The notes: generated from the sequence alone by a model not told the origin. Counted from the stretch's first letter, positions 9,466-18,706 are shown. The stretch: 55,650 nt of DNA from Candidatus Nealsonbacteria bacterium (GCA_030616085.1 JAUWYA010000002.1:1-55650), one strand, 5' to 3'. Translations and numbers: made by a program.

Positions 9466-10451
9466 AAAGTAGTAATAGGTCTTGATTGAGTAATATATAT
9501 TTTATTATTCTCTATTGCGAATTCTATGTCTTGTGGGAATTTATAATGGTCCTCTATTTTCTGGCAAAGCTTTGCTAATTTTATGATTTGCTCGCCAGAA
9601 AGTTTTTGTTTAGATTGTTTTGATTTAGGAACTTTAGCTTCTTTAATACCATTACCTTGTCTAATAATCATCATTTTCTGATCACTAATATTAGTATCCA
9701 TAATTATCCAATCCTTTTTAGATATCACATAGGTATCAGGGGTTATCTTTCCGCCAACAATGTCTTCTCCTAGGCCCCAGCCGGCCTCAATGACCATCTG
9801 ATTCCTGTCTTCGGTTACAGGATGTACAGTAAAACAGATACCAGAAACACCTGATTGAACCATTTTCTGAACTACTACCGCCACTCCTACTGGATAACAA
9901 TCAGCTAATTGCTTACAAGTTCTAGCTCTGATTTTCTTTTGCGTATCAGCAGTAATAATTTCCTTTTCAAAAGCATAGAATAAAGCCCTGGGAGTAAATA
10001 AAGAAGACCAGCATTTTTTAATGTTTTCTATTAAATTAGATTCAGCAGTGTTTAAATATGTCTCTAACTCCCCTGCCCAGGAAGCAATTGCAGAATCTTC
10101 AGCAGTTGCAGAAGATCTTACAGCAACATATTTAGTATTTAATCTCTTAAATTCTTTCAGAAACTCTTCTTCTAAATCCTGAGGCATTAAAGCATCATGG
10201 ATTAGGTCCCTAATCACATTTGAAGCCTTATCAATAGAATTAATATCTTTATAATTCATTTGTTTTATTTGAGAAGCGATTTCAACAGCTAAATCAGTTT
10301 CTCTCAAAAACTTATCAAATGCCTCGACTAAAATAATAAAACCTGGTGGCACCGACAGTTTAGCCCGGGTCATCTCACCTAATGAAGCTCCTTTGCCTCC
10401 AGCAATACAAACATCTTTTTTAGATATAGTTTTAAATGTTTTTATAAACAT
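9462..10451 (-). CDS. Stand-alone PEP synthase/PPDK N-terminal ATP-grasp (nucleotide-binding) domain
   Basis: GGKGASLGEM, VAVRSSATAEDS..ASWAG, GWGLGE.IVGG, QDIEFA, QSRPIT; ends there with no His or PEP-binding domain. Confidence 0.95.
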   Translation of the reverse strand: MFIKTFKTISKKDVCIAGGKGASLGEMTRAKLSVPPGFIILVEAFDKFLRETDLAVEIASQIKQMNYKDINSIDKASNVIRDLIHDALMPQDLEEEFLKEFKRLNTKYVAVRSSATAEDSAIASWAGELETYLNTAESNLIENIKKCWSSLFTPRALFYAFEKEIITADTQKKIRARTCKQLADCYPVGVAVVVQKMVQSGVSGICFTVHPVTEDRNQMVIEAGWGLGEDIVGGKITPDTYVISKKDWIIMDTNISDQKMMIIRQGNGIKEAKVPKSKQSKQKLSGEQIIKLAKLCQKIEDHYKFPQDIEFAIENNKIYITQSRPITTL

Positions 10452-10527
10452 ATTACTTTTCCCTTTTTAATATTTTTATTATACCATTATTAGCGTCTAT
10501 TTTCACTAAATCTCTACCCAATTTAGC

Positions 10528-10556
10528 TTGACTTTTTAGAATAGCTATGATATAAT
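10528..10556 (+). promoter_or_regulatory. sigma70 promoter (extended -10)
   Basis: TTGACT-17-TATAAT with TG; AAAGGAG upstream of ATG 10620. Confidence 0.75.
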
Positions 10557-10619
10557 GAACCTATGAACATTTACAATTAGTTAAACATATTTGAAAGAAA
10601 AATCAGAAAGGAGAACGCA

Positions 10620-11372
10620 ATGACTGTTTTACATTTTTTCCGTCACGCAAATGCAGAAGGAAGCGATGATCTTGAAACCATTCTCGCAACTTTTGACTAT
10701 CAAACGGATCTAGAAAGGGGTCTTACAGAAAAAGGTATGAGGCAGGCTCAATTACGACAAGACTATCTGGGAGATTTATTATTTGATTTGTGTATCGTAA
10801 GTCCGGCAAAACGATGTCGACAAACAGCTCAGAGATTAATTGGTTATGGTATGAAAATTCCAATAATTGAACTTCCTACGCTATATCCCAGCCCGGAAGC
10901 ACCAAATGGTAAATTGATGTGGAAAACCTTTAGAAGACTTCTTTATGAACCTCTTTCTGCATATCTTAAGTCAGAAGCAGCCGAAATTATTCTTCAAAAT
11001 GGAGTTGAAAATGGGAATGCAATCAAAAGAATTATTGCAGAACATTCTCCGGCTCCACGAAATGTCTTGATTGTTGATCACGCAGTTACACTTCAAGCAG
11101 CTGGCAGTCAATTCACTTCTGATATCGAGATCTTTAACTTTAAAGTCGGCGAGGCAGAAGGTTTCAAAATTGAAATGAACACTGGAGAAATTACTCTCCT
11201 AGGACCCATACATTATAATAGTGTGGGTCTTTTCTTTTACTATTTTATGATCTTTATTAATCTTTTTTTAGAATCTATTTCTACCCTATTTCCTGTTTTA
11301 AGAACTTTTGTAGCAATTTTTGTCCCAACAATACAAGGTATTTTTAATTCTCTTGCTAACATTGAAGCGTGA
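10620..11372 (+). CDS. Histidine phosphatase superfamily protein (3' end uncertain)
   Basis: FRHA, GLTEKG..QA, SPAKRC.QTA, LIVDH motifs; the domain ends near 11200 and the ORF runs on through a terminator into the convergent gene. Confidence 0.8.
   Translation: MTVLHFFRHANAEGSDDLETILATFDYQTDLERGLTEKGMRQAQLRQDYLGDLLFDLCIVSPAKRCRQTAQRLIGYGMKIPIIELPTLYPSPEAPNGKLMWKTFRRLLYEPLSAYLKSEAAEIILQNGVENGNAIKRIIAEHSPAPRNVLIVDHAVTLQAAGSQFTSDIEIFNFKVGEAEGFKIEMNTGEITLLGPIHYNSVGLFFYYFMIFINLFLESISTLFPVLRTFVAIFVPTIQGIFNSLANIEA
11203..11238 (+). terminator. Intrinsic terminator-like hairpin
   Basis: GACCCATAC/GTGTGGGTC stem followed by a T-rich tail. Confidence 0.6.
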
Positions 11373-12286
11373 CAAAGCAGTCCCCCCTCATCAGTTATAA
11401 TAGCCCCTGCTTGTTTAATAAATTTATTAAACTGGGGTCTGGTCTGGGGCGTGACTAAAACCATTCCTTTTTTAATATTCTTTAAATTCTTAAAATCTTT
11501 AACTAAATAAACTTTTCCTTTAAATTTCCCTTTTTGAGCAACTATACCCTTTATCTCTTTTATTCCTTTCAAGCATTCCTTGTTTCTTTTTTCTATGAAA
11601 TCTTCTAATTTTTTGGAATCTTTCCAGCTGAGAATAGTTCTTTTGCCTTTTATAAATAAAATACCTAATCCATTTTTTCTTTCTTTCTCTGAAAAAAACT
11701 TATAACTATCCCCTATTTCATCATAGAGAAATTTATCTATTTTTAACTTCTTAAAATATTTCTCTGCATCCGGAATAACCATCTCATTATATTTATATGC
11801 TTTATCTAATATCTTTATAATCTTTTTAGTCTTTTCTTTATTTTTTTTCAAAGATAATTTTGAAATATAATCTCCTGTCCAATAAACTGTCTGGTGATAA
11901 GCAAAAAATATTCTGTAATTATCTACAAACTCTTTTTTATTCTTAAGAAAATCGTCTAATTTCTTATTCTTTTTCAAAAACCCATAAAACCAATCTGTAT
12001 ATTCTATTAACTTTTTAGCTAGATTTCTTGTGTGCCCTATTTTTCTCCTTAAGGACCTTTCCCCTAGTACTTTCGCAAAATTATCCTGTTCTGTTTGGGA
12101 ACGATAAAATCTTGTTAGATTATTTCCTATAAACCAAAATGTAGAACTAAATTCTATGCTAAACTCTTTCTTAAAACAAAAATCATATGTTTCTGCAAAA
12201 ATAGAATTAGTTAAAAGTGAAATGTCTCTTATAGCGTGTTTGCTATAATTTTTAGGAATAGATTTTATTATTTTATTTATGTTCAT
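11240..12286 (-). CDS. Variable body + phospho-His swivel domain protein (member 7)
   Basis: TDEGGLLCHASMLARE C-terminal domain. Confidence 0.9.
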   Translation of the reverse strand: MNINKIIKSIPKNYSKHAIRDISLLTNSIFAETYDFCFKKEFSIEFSSTFWFIGNNLTRFYRSQTEQDNFAKVLGERSLRRKIGHTRNLAKKLIEYTDWFYGFLKKNKKLDDFLKNKKEFVDNYRIFFAYHQTVYWTGDYISKLSLKKNKEKTKKIIKILDKAYKYNEMVIPDAEKYFKKLKIDKFLYDEIGDSYKFFSEKERKNGLGILFIKGKRTILSWKDSKKLEDFIEKRNKECLKGIKEIKGIVAQKGKFKGKVYLVKDFKNLKNIKKGMVLVTPQTRPQFNKFIKQAGAIITDEGGLLCHASMLARELKIPCIVGTKIATKVLKTGNRVEIDSKKRLIKIIK

Positions 12287-13730
12287 TTTCTTTTATAATC
12301 TTAACAGTTCCTTTATTAGCATCTACTTCCACAAAGTCCCCATCTTTTAGTGCTCTTGTGGCGATTTTAGTGCCAATAATACAGGGTATTCCTAATTCTC
12401 GGGAAACTATGGCTGCATGGCAGGTAATCCCTCCTTCATTAGTAATTATAGCTGCTACTTTTTTTAAAATCACCATAAAATCAGGTGAAGTCATACTAGT
12501 AACTAATATATCCTTATTTTTAATTTTCGCGAAATCCTTCTTTTTTAAAACTATTTTTACTTTTCCTTTTAATTGACCTGGATAAGCTACTTTACCTCTA
12601 ATTTCTTTGGTAATAAATTTTCTTTCTTTGATCTTAGCTTTGTAGATTATTCTTTCTTTGTCTTTTATAGAATAATAAACAAATGCTTTCTTTCTTGTCT
12701 CAATTTCTTTCTTTAATTTGGAAGATACGTCCCAGGCTCTAATCGCCTCTTCTACTTCACAGGCTTTTAAATAACTAAAATCTTTAAAGGTTAAATCAAA
12801 TTGTTTGGCTAAAAAAGTGAAAAATTTTCTAAAACGGTAACCTACTAAACTATAAGTGTCAGTACGGTAGGTTCTGATAAAAACAATAGCTTTAGCAATT
12901 TTTATTATCAATTTTTCCTGTTTAGAAAAATTAAGTTGTTTGATTAAAGAATTAAATTTTTTCTTTGCTAATTTATCTCTTTGCCCAAGTTCTTCTAGCA
13001 GAGATTCAGCCTTGAATAGCTTTTTTCTAATTTCTTTTATTAGATCCTGACGAGTGAGAGGTTTTCCTATCCATAAATGAGTGCTTGTCCAAGCATATAG
13101 AGATAGGTGTTTTTCTATTTTAAGTTGAACTTTTGGATCTCGGAGGGAAAGTTTATTTTTTTTAATCCACTGAAGTAGCTTTAAGAAGTCCTCTTGTTCT
13201 TCTTCTATAAAAATTTTCTGCTGTGGTTTAATTATCAAACCCAAAACATCGTTCTCATTAAGTGAAACTTTATATCTCTTTATTTTTGGCCTGATAATCT
13301 TCTCTATTAAATATTTTTCTAAATACTTATCTATTGTTTGAGGAACTACTAGCCAAAAAGCAAAATCCTGGCTTCTTTTTTTAAACTCTCGCCAAATTTT
13401 TAAAATTTCCTTTTGAGATAAAATCTCTAATTTTTGCTTCTCTATCTTGTTTGCAAATTTTATAAACGATTCCCCTTCTTGAAAACACTTTTTGAGTAAT
13501 CTTTCCGCCTTGATAGGATTTTTTATAATAAAACTAAGCAATCTTGAACCAGAAATCTTAAAATCCCTCTCTACAAAATAAACATCACCCGAAGAATCAA
13601 CTTTTTTATAATCCTGGCCAACATTTAAGCCTCGTTTTTTTCTAATATAAGAAAAACAATAACCTGGAAATATTATAGAAAAAAATAAAATAGGTACACG
13701 TCCTCGATTAGCAAATAATTTCCAATGCAT
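12273..13730 (-). CDS. Variable body + phospho-His swivel domain protein (member 8)
   Basis: TNEGGITCHAAIVSRE; LYAWT and RTYR motifs. Confidence 0.9.
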   Translation of the reverse strand: MHWKLFANRGRVPILFFSIIFPGYCFSYIRKKRGLNVGQDYKKVDSSGDVYFVERDFKISGSRLLSFIIKNPIKAERLLKKCFQEGESFIKFANKIEKQKLEILSQKEILKIWREFKKRSQDFAFWLVVPQTIDKYLEKYLIEKIIRPKIKRYKVSLNENDVLGLIIKPQQKIFIEEEQEDFLKLLQWIKKNKLSLRDPKVQLKIEKHLSLYAWTSTHLWIGKPLTRQDLIKEIRKKLFKAESLLEELGQRDKLAKKKFNSLIKQLNFSKQEKLIIKIAKAIVFIRTYRTDTYSLVGYRFRKFFTFLAKQFDLTFKDFSYLKACEVEEAIRAWDVSSKLKKEIETRKKAFVYYSIKDKERIIYKAKIKERKFITKEIRGKVAYPGQLKGKVKIVLKKKDFAKIKNKDILVTSMTSPDFMVILKKVAAIITNEGGITCHAAIVSRELGIPCIIGTKIATRALKDGDFVEVDANKGTVKIIKENEHK

Positions 13731-13734
13731 GAAT

Positions 13735-13913
13735 TTATTTTTTAATTATCTTAATTATTCCTGTGTTTAAATCTAATTGAACATAATCTCCGTTTTTGAG
13801 GACGTCTGTCGCAACTTTGGTTCCAACAATGCAAGGAATTTTTAAGTTCTCTGGAAATAATTGTTGCGTGACATCTGATACCACCCTTATTAGTAATTAT
13901 AGCAGATGCTTTA
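13735..13913 (-). pseudogene. Orphan frameshifted phospho-His domain remnant
   Basis: Translates KASAIITNKGGIRCHATIISRELK/(frameshift)/IPCIVGTKVATDVLKNGDYVQLDLNTGIIKIIKK*; no N-terminal body or start codon. Confidence 0.85.
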
Positions 13914-13969
13914 TGGAAAGGCACGAGCCTATCAGCTCGTGCCCTTTTTATTTCTCTGATTCTAAAGAG

Positions 13970-14665
13970 TTATCTTCCGAATCTTCGATCGCGATGAGAA
14001 TAATCTAAAAGTGCTTTGTCTAAGTCCTTTTTTGTAAATTCAGGCCAGAATTTTTCAGTAAAGTAAAATTCAGAATAAGCTGACTGCCATGTTAAAAAGT
14101 TGGAAAGACGCTTTGCACCGCCTGTTCTAATAATTAAGTCAGGATAAGGCAAACCAGCTGTCCAAAGATTCTTATTAATCAATTCTTCAGTAATTTTATT
14201 CGCAGGAGTTTTCTTTTTAATAATATTTTTAACTGCTTGAATAATTTCAGGCCTTCCACCGTAAGAAATAGCTAAGTTAAGAATCCTTTTTTTATTATTT
14301 TTAGTTAGTTTTTCAGCCTCTTTTATTCTTTCTTGCAGAGCTTGAGGCAGTTTTTCTCTCTGACCAATTATTTGCAACTTTATATTTTTCTTATGAAGTT
14401 CTTGAAGATTCTTTTTATTCAAAGACTCTGTAAGAAGCTTCATCAAAAAACTTATTTCTTTTTTAGATCTTTTCCAATTTTCAGTAGAAAAAGTATATAA
14501 GGTTAAAATCTTTATTTCTTTTTCTGCGCAGTAGTCCCCTATCTTCTGGACATTATTTAATCCCTTGCGATGACCTTGAAAAAAAAGCAGGCTTTTTTTC
14601 TTGGCCCATCGTCGATTTCCATCAATGATTATTCCTAAATGAAATGGAACTTTAATGATTGACAT
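13970..14665 (-). CDS. uppS: Undecaprenyl diphosphate synthase
   Basis: HLGIIIDGNRRWA, FSTENWKRS, SYGGRPEI, PDLIIRTGG..RLSNFL.WQSAYSE; start set at MSIIK. Confidence 0.95.
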   Translation of the reverse strand: MSIIKVPFHLGIIIDGNRRWAKKKSLLFFQGHRKGLNNVQKIGDYCAEKEIKILTLYTFSTENWKRSKKEISFLMKLLTESLNKKNLQELHKKNIKLQIIGQREKLPQALQERIKEAEKLTKNNKKRILNLAISYGGRPEIIQAVKNIIKKKTPANKITEELINKNLWTAGLPYPDLIIRTGGAKRLSNFLTWQSAYSEFYFTEKFWPEFTKKDLDKALLDYSHRDRRFGR

Positions 14666-14818
14666 GATATATTTAAGTATTATATAATGAAAATAGATCT
14701 TTTGCAATTAAAGGAAGAGGATTGTCTACTAGAAGGTCTCTCGTTTTCTTCCTCCCAAAAATCAGGTGAAACGCTAAAACCACCAGATAAGCTTAATCAA
14801 TTCTTTAAAACGAAACTT

Positions 14819-15823
14819 CTACCTCTTTCCTTTTTTTACTAAAAAATCAGATTCCATTCTGATTTTTTTTAATAAAAACCAGGGCATTTTAAAGCCTAAA
14901 AAATAAACTGATTTAACCGCTACCTTGGAAAGAATAATTTTTGGGATAAAGAACCTTCTCATTGCTTTTTTGTATTTCAGAAAGTCAGGAAAAGCTTTTA
15001 AAAGAATTCCGGCTGCTGTTAATCCCCAAATCACTCCCCCACCAGACCAAGATTTTGTTAAGCCAATGGCATCTCCGCATAAAGTTATTAAAGGATCTGA
15101 TGGTATTATAAAGCCCTGAGGAACTATTTTTGATTCAATTCTCTTAAGAATAATTTTGTTTTTATTCAGAAATTCATCAAGAAGTATTTTAGCCTCTCTT
15201 GGATTGGCAAGTATTCCATATTCTGTTTCTTTGCCTCTCGGAATCTTCCAGATAAACCCCGTTAGAGATTTATTTTTTTTGTCTTTTTTCTTTTGTCCTG
15301 TAATCTCTAACGGGGTAAAGCCATTTTTGCAGGGCCAAGTTTCTACATAATTTTCAGAACAAGGATTGTCTAAGAATCCTAAGATACCTAATCTATATTT
15401 AGGCTCTGAAAGCCTCAAGCTTTTTCTTACAAAAGAGTTAGCTCCATCGCAGCCGATTACTCTATCATATTCTTTAGGAACTGAAGAAATATTGCTGTTC
15501 AAGATAATCTTAGCTCCCGCCCTATGAGCTAAGCCAGCTACTAATCTGTCTAACTCAGAGTGGCTCATTACAAAAAAATCCCTAGAAAACTTTACCTTTA
15601 CTGTTTTCTTAGGAAAATGCAGAAGAACGTGATCTATTCTATTTTGTATTAATTTACTGCTTTCAGGTATAAATTCTAAAATTCTTTGAGAAAAAAGCCC
15701 TGAACAAGCATTATTGCTGATTTCTTTTTTTCTTTCAAAAACAGTTATATCATGTTTTTTCTCAGAGAGCTTCCATGCTAAATATAGTCCGGAAATGCCC
15801 CCGCCGATAATCGCTACCCGCAT
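14819..15823 (-). CDS. Geranylgeranyl-reductase-like FAD-dependent oxidoreductase with a 21-aa in-frame insertion
   Basis: IIGGGISG, ACSGL, IGCDGANS, LCGDA, GGG motifs. Confidence 0.8.
   Translation of the reverse strand: MRVAIIGGGISGLYLAWKLSEKKHDITVFERKKEISNNACSGLFSQRILEFIPESSKLIQNRIDHVLLHFPKKTVKVKFSRDFFVMSHSELDRLVAGLAHRAGAKIILNSNISSVPKEYDRVIGCDGANSFVRKSLRLSEPKYRLGILGFLDNPCSENYVETWPCKNGFTPLEITGQKKKDKKNKSLTGFIWKIPRGKETEYGILANPREAKILLDEFLNKNKIILKRIESKIVPQGFIIPSDPLITLCGDAIGLTKSWSGGGVIWGLTAAGILLKAFPDFLKYKKAMRRFFIPKIILSKVAVKSVYFLGFKMPWFLLKKIRMESDFLVKKGKR
15257..15315. mobile_element. 59-bp CCCCGTTAGA MITE-like element, in frame
   Basis: TIRs CCCCGTTAGAGATT/AATCTCTAACGGGG; TAAA duplicated at 15253-56 and 15316-19; excision restores KNGFIWKIP. 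Confidence 0.9.
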
Positions 15824-15975
15824 AAAATTATTTAGAAATTAGTAATTAGTAATTAGAAATTCTTAGCTATATATCCTAAAGCAAAAGATAATAAAGAAAT
15901 TAAGAAAACTGTTATAAATAGAATTATATCACGTTTATAACGTTTGACCAATGTTTGTATTTTTGATAACATAAA

Positions 15976-16051
15976 TAAGAACCATAAGATGCTTTACATC
16001 TTAGAACCTTGATTCAGTTCACAGCGAGTTCACTGCGAGCTGCTAAGGTAT
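15976..16051 (+). repeat. Two-hairpin dispersed repeat, copy 2 (rpmA leader)
   Basis: TAAGAACC-TAAGATG/CATCTTA hairpin-GAACCTTGATTC-[insert]-GCTAAGGTAT. Confidence 0.65.
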
Positions 16052-16074
16052 AAAAAATATAATCTTGAATTAAA

Positions 16075-16347
16075 ATGGCTAAAACAAAAGCAAAAGGAGC
16101 AACAAAATTAGGAAGGGATTCCCGTCCAAAATATCTTGGTGTCAAGCTTTTTGAGGGGCAAGAAACTAAACCCGGAATGATAATTGTTCGTCAACGCGGA
16201 ACAAAGTTCTTACCTGGGGAAAATGTAAGACAAGGAAAAGACAATACTCTTTACGCAGTGAAAAAAGGCGTGGTTAAGTTTAAAACAAAACGTATAAAAC
16301 GTTTTGACGGTTCTCAACGAACAGCTAAGATCGTAAACGTAAAGTAA
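16075..16347 (+). CDS. rpmA: 50S ribosomal protein L27
   Basis: [32 protein letters not shown]. Confidence 0.97.
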   Translation: MAKTKAKGATKLGRDSRPKYLGVKLFEGQETKPGMIIVRQRGTKFLPGENVRQGKDNTLYAVKKGVVKFKTKRIKRFDGSQRTAKIVNVK

Positions 16348-16387
16348 AATAAGCTGAGCTAAGCTTTTAGAATTCCATAAGCTTAAC

Positions 16388-18070
16388 TTATTTTATACTG
16401 GTTTTAATAAACTCTCTAAACAATGGATGAGGCCTTAGGGGCCTTGATTTAAATTCTGGATGGAATTGAACAGCTACAAAGAAAGGATGATTCTTATTTT
16501 CAATTATCTCTACTAAATCTTTTTCAGGATTAATTCCAGCCATTACTAATCCATTTTTTTCTAAAATCTCTCTATAATCGTTATTTAACTCATAACGGTG
16601 CCGATGTCGCTCAGATATCATTGAATCTTTGTACACCTTAGCACTAATTGTGTTTGGTTTTATCTTGCATTTGTAAGCGCCTAATCTCATTGTTCCTCCG
16701 TATTTTCTTTCTTTCAAAAGAACTTTTTGTTCCGGCATAACATCAATTACAGCTTCTTTATTTTTTGACCCCGTTAGAGGTTTTGAAATTTCGTGTTTTT
16801 TGTTTGTCTTTTTAACCTCTAACGGGGTTGAAAACTCAGTTGAACTTGCATTTTTCAGCTTACAAACATTTCTGGCAAACTCAATTACTGCTAACTGCAT
16901 TCCCAGGCAAAGTCCTAAAAAAGGGACTTTGTTTTTTCTGCAGAATTCAATTGCTTTTATTTTTCCCTCTATTCCTCTGGTTCCAAAACCTCCAGGAATA
17001 ATTATACCATCATATTTTCTTAATTCTTTTACTGAAGCAGGATTTTTCTCATATTTCTCTGCTGATAACCAAGAAATCTTAGGTTTTCTTTTTAAAGAAT
17101 AAGCAGCATGTTTTACCGCTTCAATTACTGAAATGTAAGAATCTGTTAAAGTAAATCCTCCTGTTTTAAAGTATTTCCCAACAATACCAATTTTAACCGT
17201 TTTTTTAGAGCTCTTTATTTTATTTACAAACATCTTCCAATCTTTCATATCTTTCTTTTTTTTTGGTTTTAAGCTCAACTTTTTTAAAAGCTTACTGCCT
17301 AAATTTTCTTTTTCAAAATTAAGAGGAACCTCATAAATTGTTTCAATATCTGGAGCAGAAATAACATCTTCAGGCGCAACATTGCAGAAAACTGATATTT
17401 TCTTTTTCCTGACTTCATCCAAAGGAACTGCTGAGCGAGCCAGAATTATATTCGGCTGAATACCTGCTGAATTCAAAGTTCTAACAGCATATTGAGTTGG
17501 TTTTGTCTTCATTTCTCCAATTTTCTTTGGAATTGGCAGATAACTGACTAAAATAAAAAGCACATCTTTTGGATGGCTTAATTTCATCATTCTGGCTGCT
17601 TCCAGAAATAGCAGATTTTGATATTCCCCTACTGTTCCTCCTATTTCTACTAATATAAACTCAGACTTTGTTTTTCTTCCTGCCCGTTTAATTCTAGAAA
17701 TTACTTCATTTGGAATATCAGGAACCACTTCTACGCATTTACCATCATATTCTAAGTTTCTTTCCCTATTTATCACTGCCTGATAAACCCTGCCAGTAGT
17801 TAAATAGTTATCTGTATAAATATCTTCGTCTAGAAACCTTTCATAATTTCCCACATCCTGATCGCATTCAATCCCGTCATCAGTTACAAAAACCTCTCCG
17901 TGTTCAATAGGATTCATAGTTCCGGCATCAACATTAATATAGGGATCAATTTTAATTGCAGTAACCTTAAATCCTTTGCTTTTTAAAATTCTGCCAATTG
18001 AAGATACTGCTATCCCTTTTCCAATGCCAGACATTACACCGCCTGCGACAAAAATGTACTTCGCCACCAT
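16388..18070 (-). CDS. pyrG: CTP synthase with a 21-aa in-frame insertion
   Basis: KYIFVAGGVMSGIGKG, KIDPYINVDAGTM, GLCLGMQ, ERHRHRYE, QFHPEF; start set at MVAKY. Confidence 0.97.
   Translation of the reverse strand: MVAKYIFVAGGVMSGIGKGIAVSSIGRILKSKGFKVTAIKIDPYINVDAGTMNPIEHGEVFVTDDGIECDQDVGNYERFLDEDIYTDNYLTTGRVYQAVINRERNLEYDGKCVEVVPDIPNEVISRIKRAGRKTKSEFILVEIGGTVGEYQNLLFLEAARMMKLSHPKDVLFILVSYLPIPKKIGEMKTKPTQYAVRTLNSAGIQPNIILARSAVPLDEVRKKKISVFCNVAPEDVISAPDIETIYEVPLNFEKENLGSKLLKKLSLKPKKKKDMKDWKMFVNKIKSSKKTVKIGIVGKYFKTGGFTLTDSYISVIEAVKHAAYSLKRKPKISWLSAEKYEKNPASVKELRKYDGIIIPGGFGTRGIEGKIKAIEFCRKNKVPFLGLCLGMQLAVIEFARNVCKLKNASSTEFSTPLEVKKTNKKHEISKPLTGSKNKEAVIDVMPEQKVLLKERKYGGTMRLGAYKCKIKPNTISAKVYKDSMISERHRHRYELNNDYREILEKNGLVMAGINPEKDLVEIIENKNHPFFVAVQFHPEFKSRPLRPHPLFREFIKTSIK
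16769..16827. mobile_element. 59-bp CCCCGTTAGA MITE-like element, in frame in pyrG
   Basis: TIRs CCCCGTTAGAGGTT/AACCTCTAACGGGG; TTGA duplicated at 16765-68 and 16828-31; excision restores STEFSKNK. Confidence 0.9.
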
Positions 18071-18087
18071 TTTAAGATTATATATTA

Positions 18088-18128
18088 ATACTTTAGCGAA
18101 ACAAGGTTCTGCCAAAGGCAGGTTCTTA
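18088..18128 (-). repeat. Two-hairpin dispersed repeat, copy 3
   Basis: TAAGAACCTGCCTTTGGCAGAACCTTGTTTCGCTAAAGTAT starting at the rplI stop. Confidence 0.75.
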
Positions 18129-18572
18129 TTTCTCTTCTGTAATAATTACTTTTATTTCAGATTCTAAATTGTGCTCAAATTTAATCTTTATTGAAAATTC
18201 ACCAAGTTCTCCAATAGGCTCTGCTAAATCAATCTGCTCTTTTTTAAGTGCAAATCCCATTTCTTTTAATTTTTCAGAGATTTTCTGTGTATTTATTTTT
18301 TCAAACAATTGTTGTTCTTCTCCAACTTTAACTAGAATCATTACTTCTAGTCCATCCATGCTTGAAGCTATTTTTTGAATCTCTTTTAATTCTTCTTCAG
18401 CTTTTTGCTTTTCAACTTCTTTTTGCTTTTCCACCCATTCCAAAACCTGCTTCGTTGCAAGCTTAGCAAGTCCTTTTGGAATTAAAAAATTCCTGGCATA
18501 ACCATCTTTAACATCTTTGATTTCGTATTTCTTTCCTACATTTTCTACATCTTGAAGAAGAATAATACGCAT
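18126..18572 (-). CDS. rplI: 50S ribosomal protein L9
   Basis: [11 protein letters not shown].....[16 protein letters not shown]. Confidence 0.97.
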   Translation of the reverse strand: MRIILLQDVENVGKKYEIKDVKDGYARNFLIPKGLAKLATKQVLEWVEKQKEVEKQKAEEELKEIQKIASSMDGLEVMILVKVGEEQQLFEKINTQKISEKLKEMGFALKKEQIDLAEPIGELGEFSIKIKFEHNLESEIKVIITEEK

Positions 18573-18583
18573 AATTAAAATAT

Positions 18584-18706
18584 AATTTCTAAATCCTAAT
18601 TACTAATGTCAAATAAAATATCAAATTATTAAATGTCTAATTTCTAATTTTTTGACATTTGTCATTTGTTATTTGGAATTTTGTTAGAAATTAGATATTA
18701 GAAATT
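18584..18706. repeat. Degenerate heptamer array arranged as an inverted repeat
   Basis: AATTTCT AAATCCT AATTACT AATGTCA... mirrored by ...AGAAATT AGATATT AGAAATT; similar tracts at ~15830-15865 and ~45597-45681. Confidence 0.6.

Noticed and set aside
9462-10451. Calling this gene ppsA (PEP synthase) or a pseudogene of it
   Set aside because: It ends cleanly after QSRPITTL, is coupled to the next gene, and no PEP/pyruvate-binding domain exists in the window
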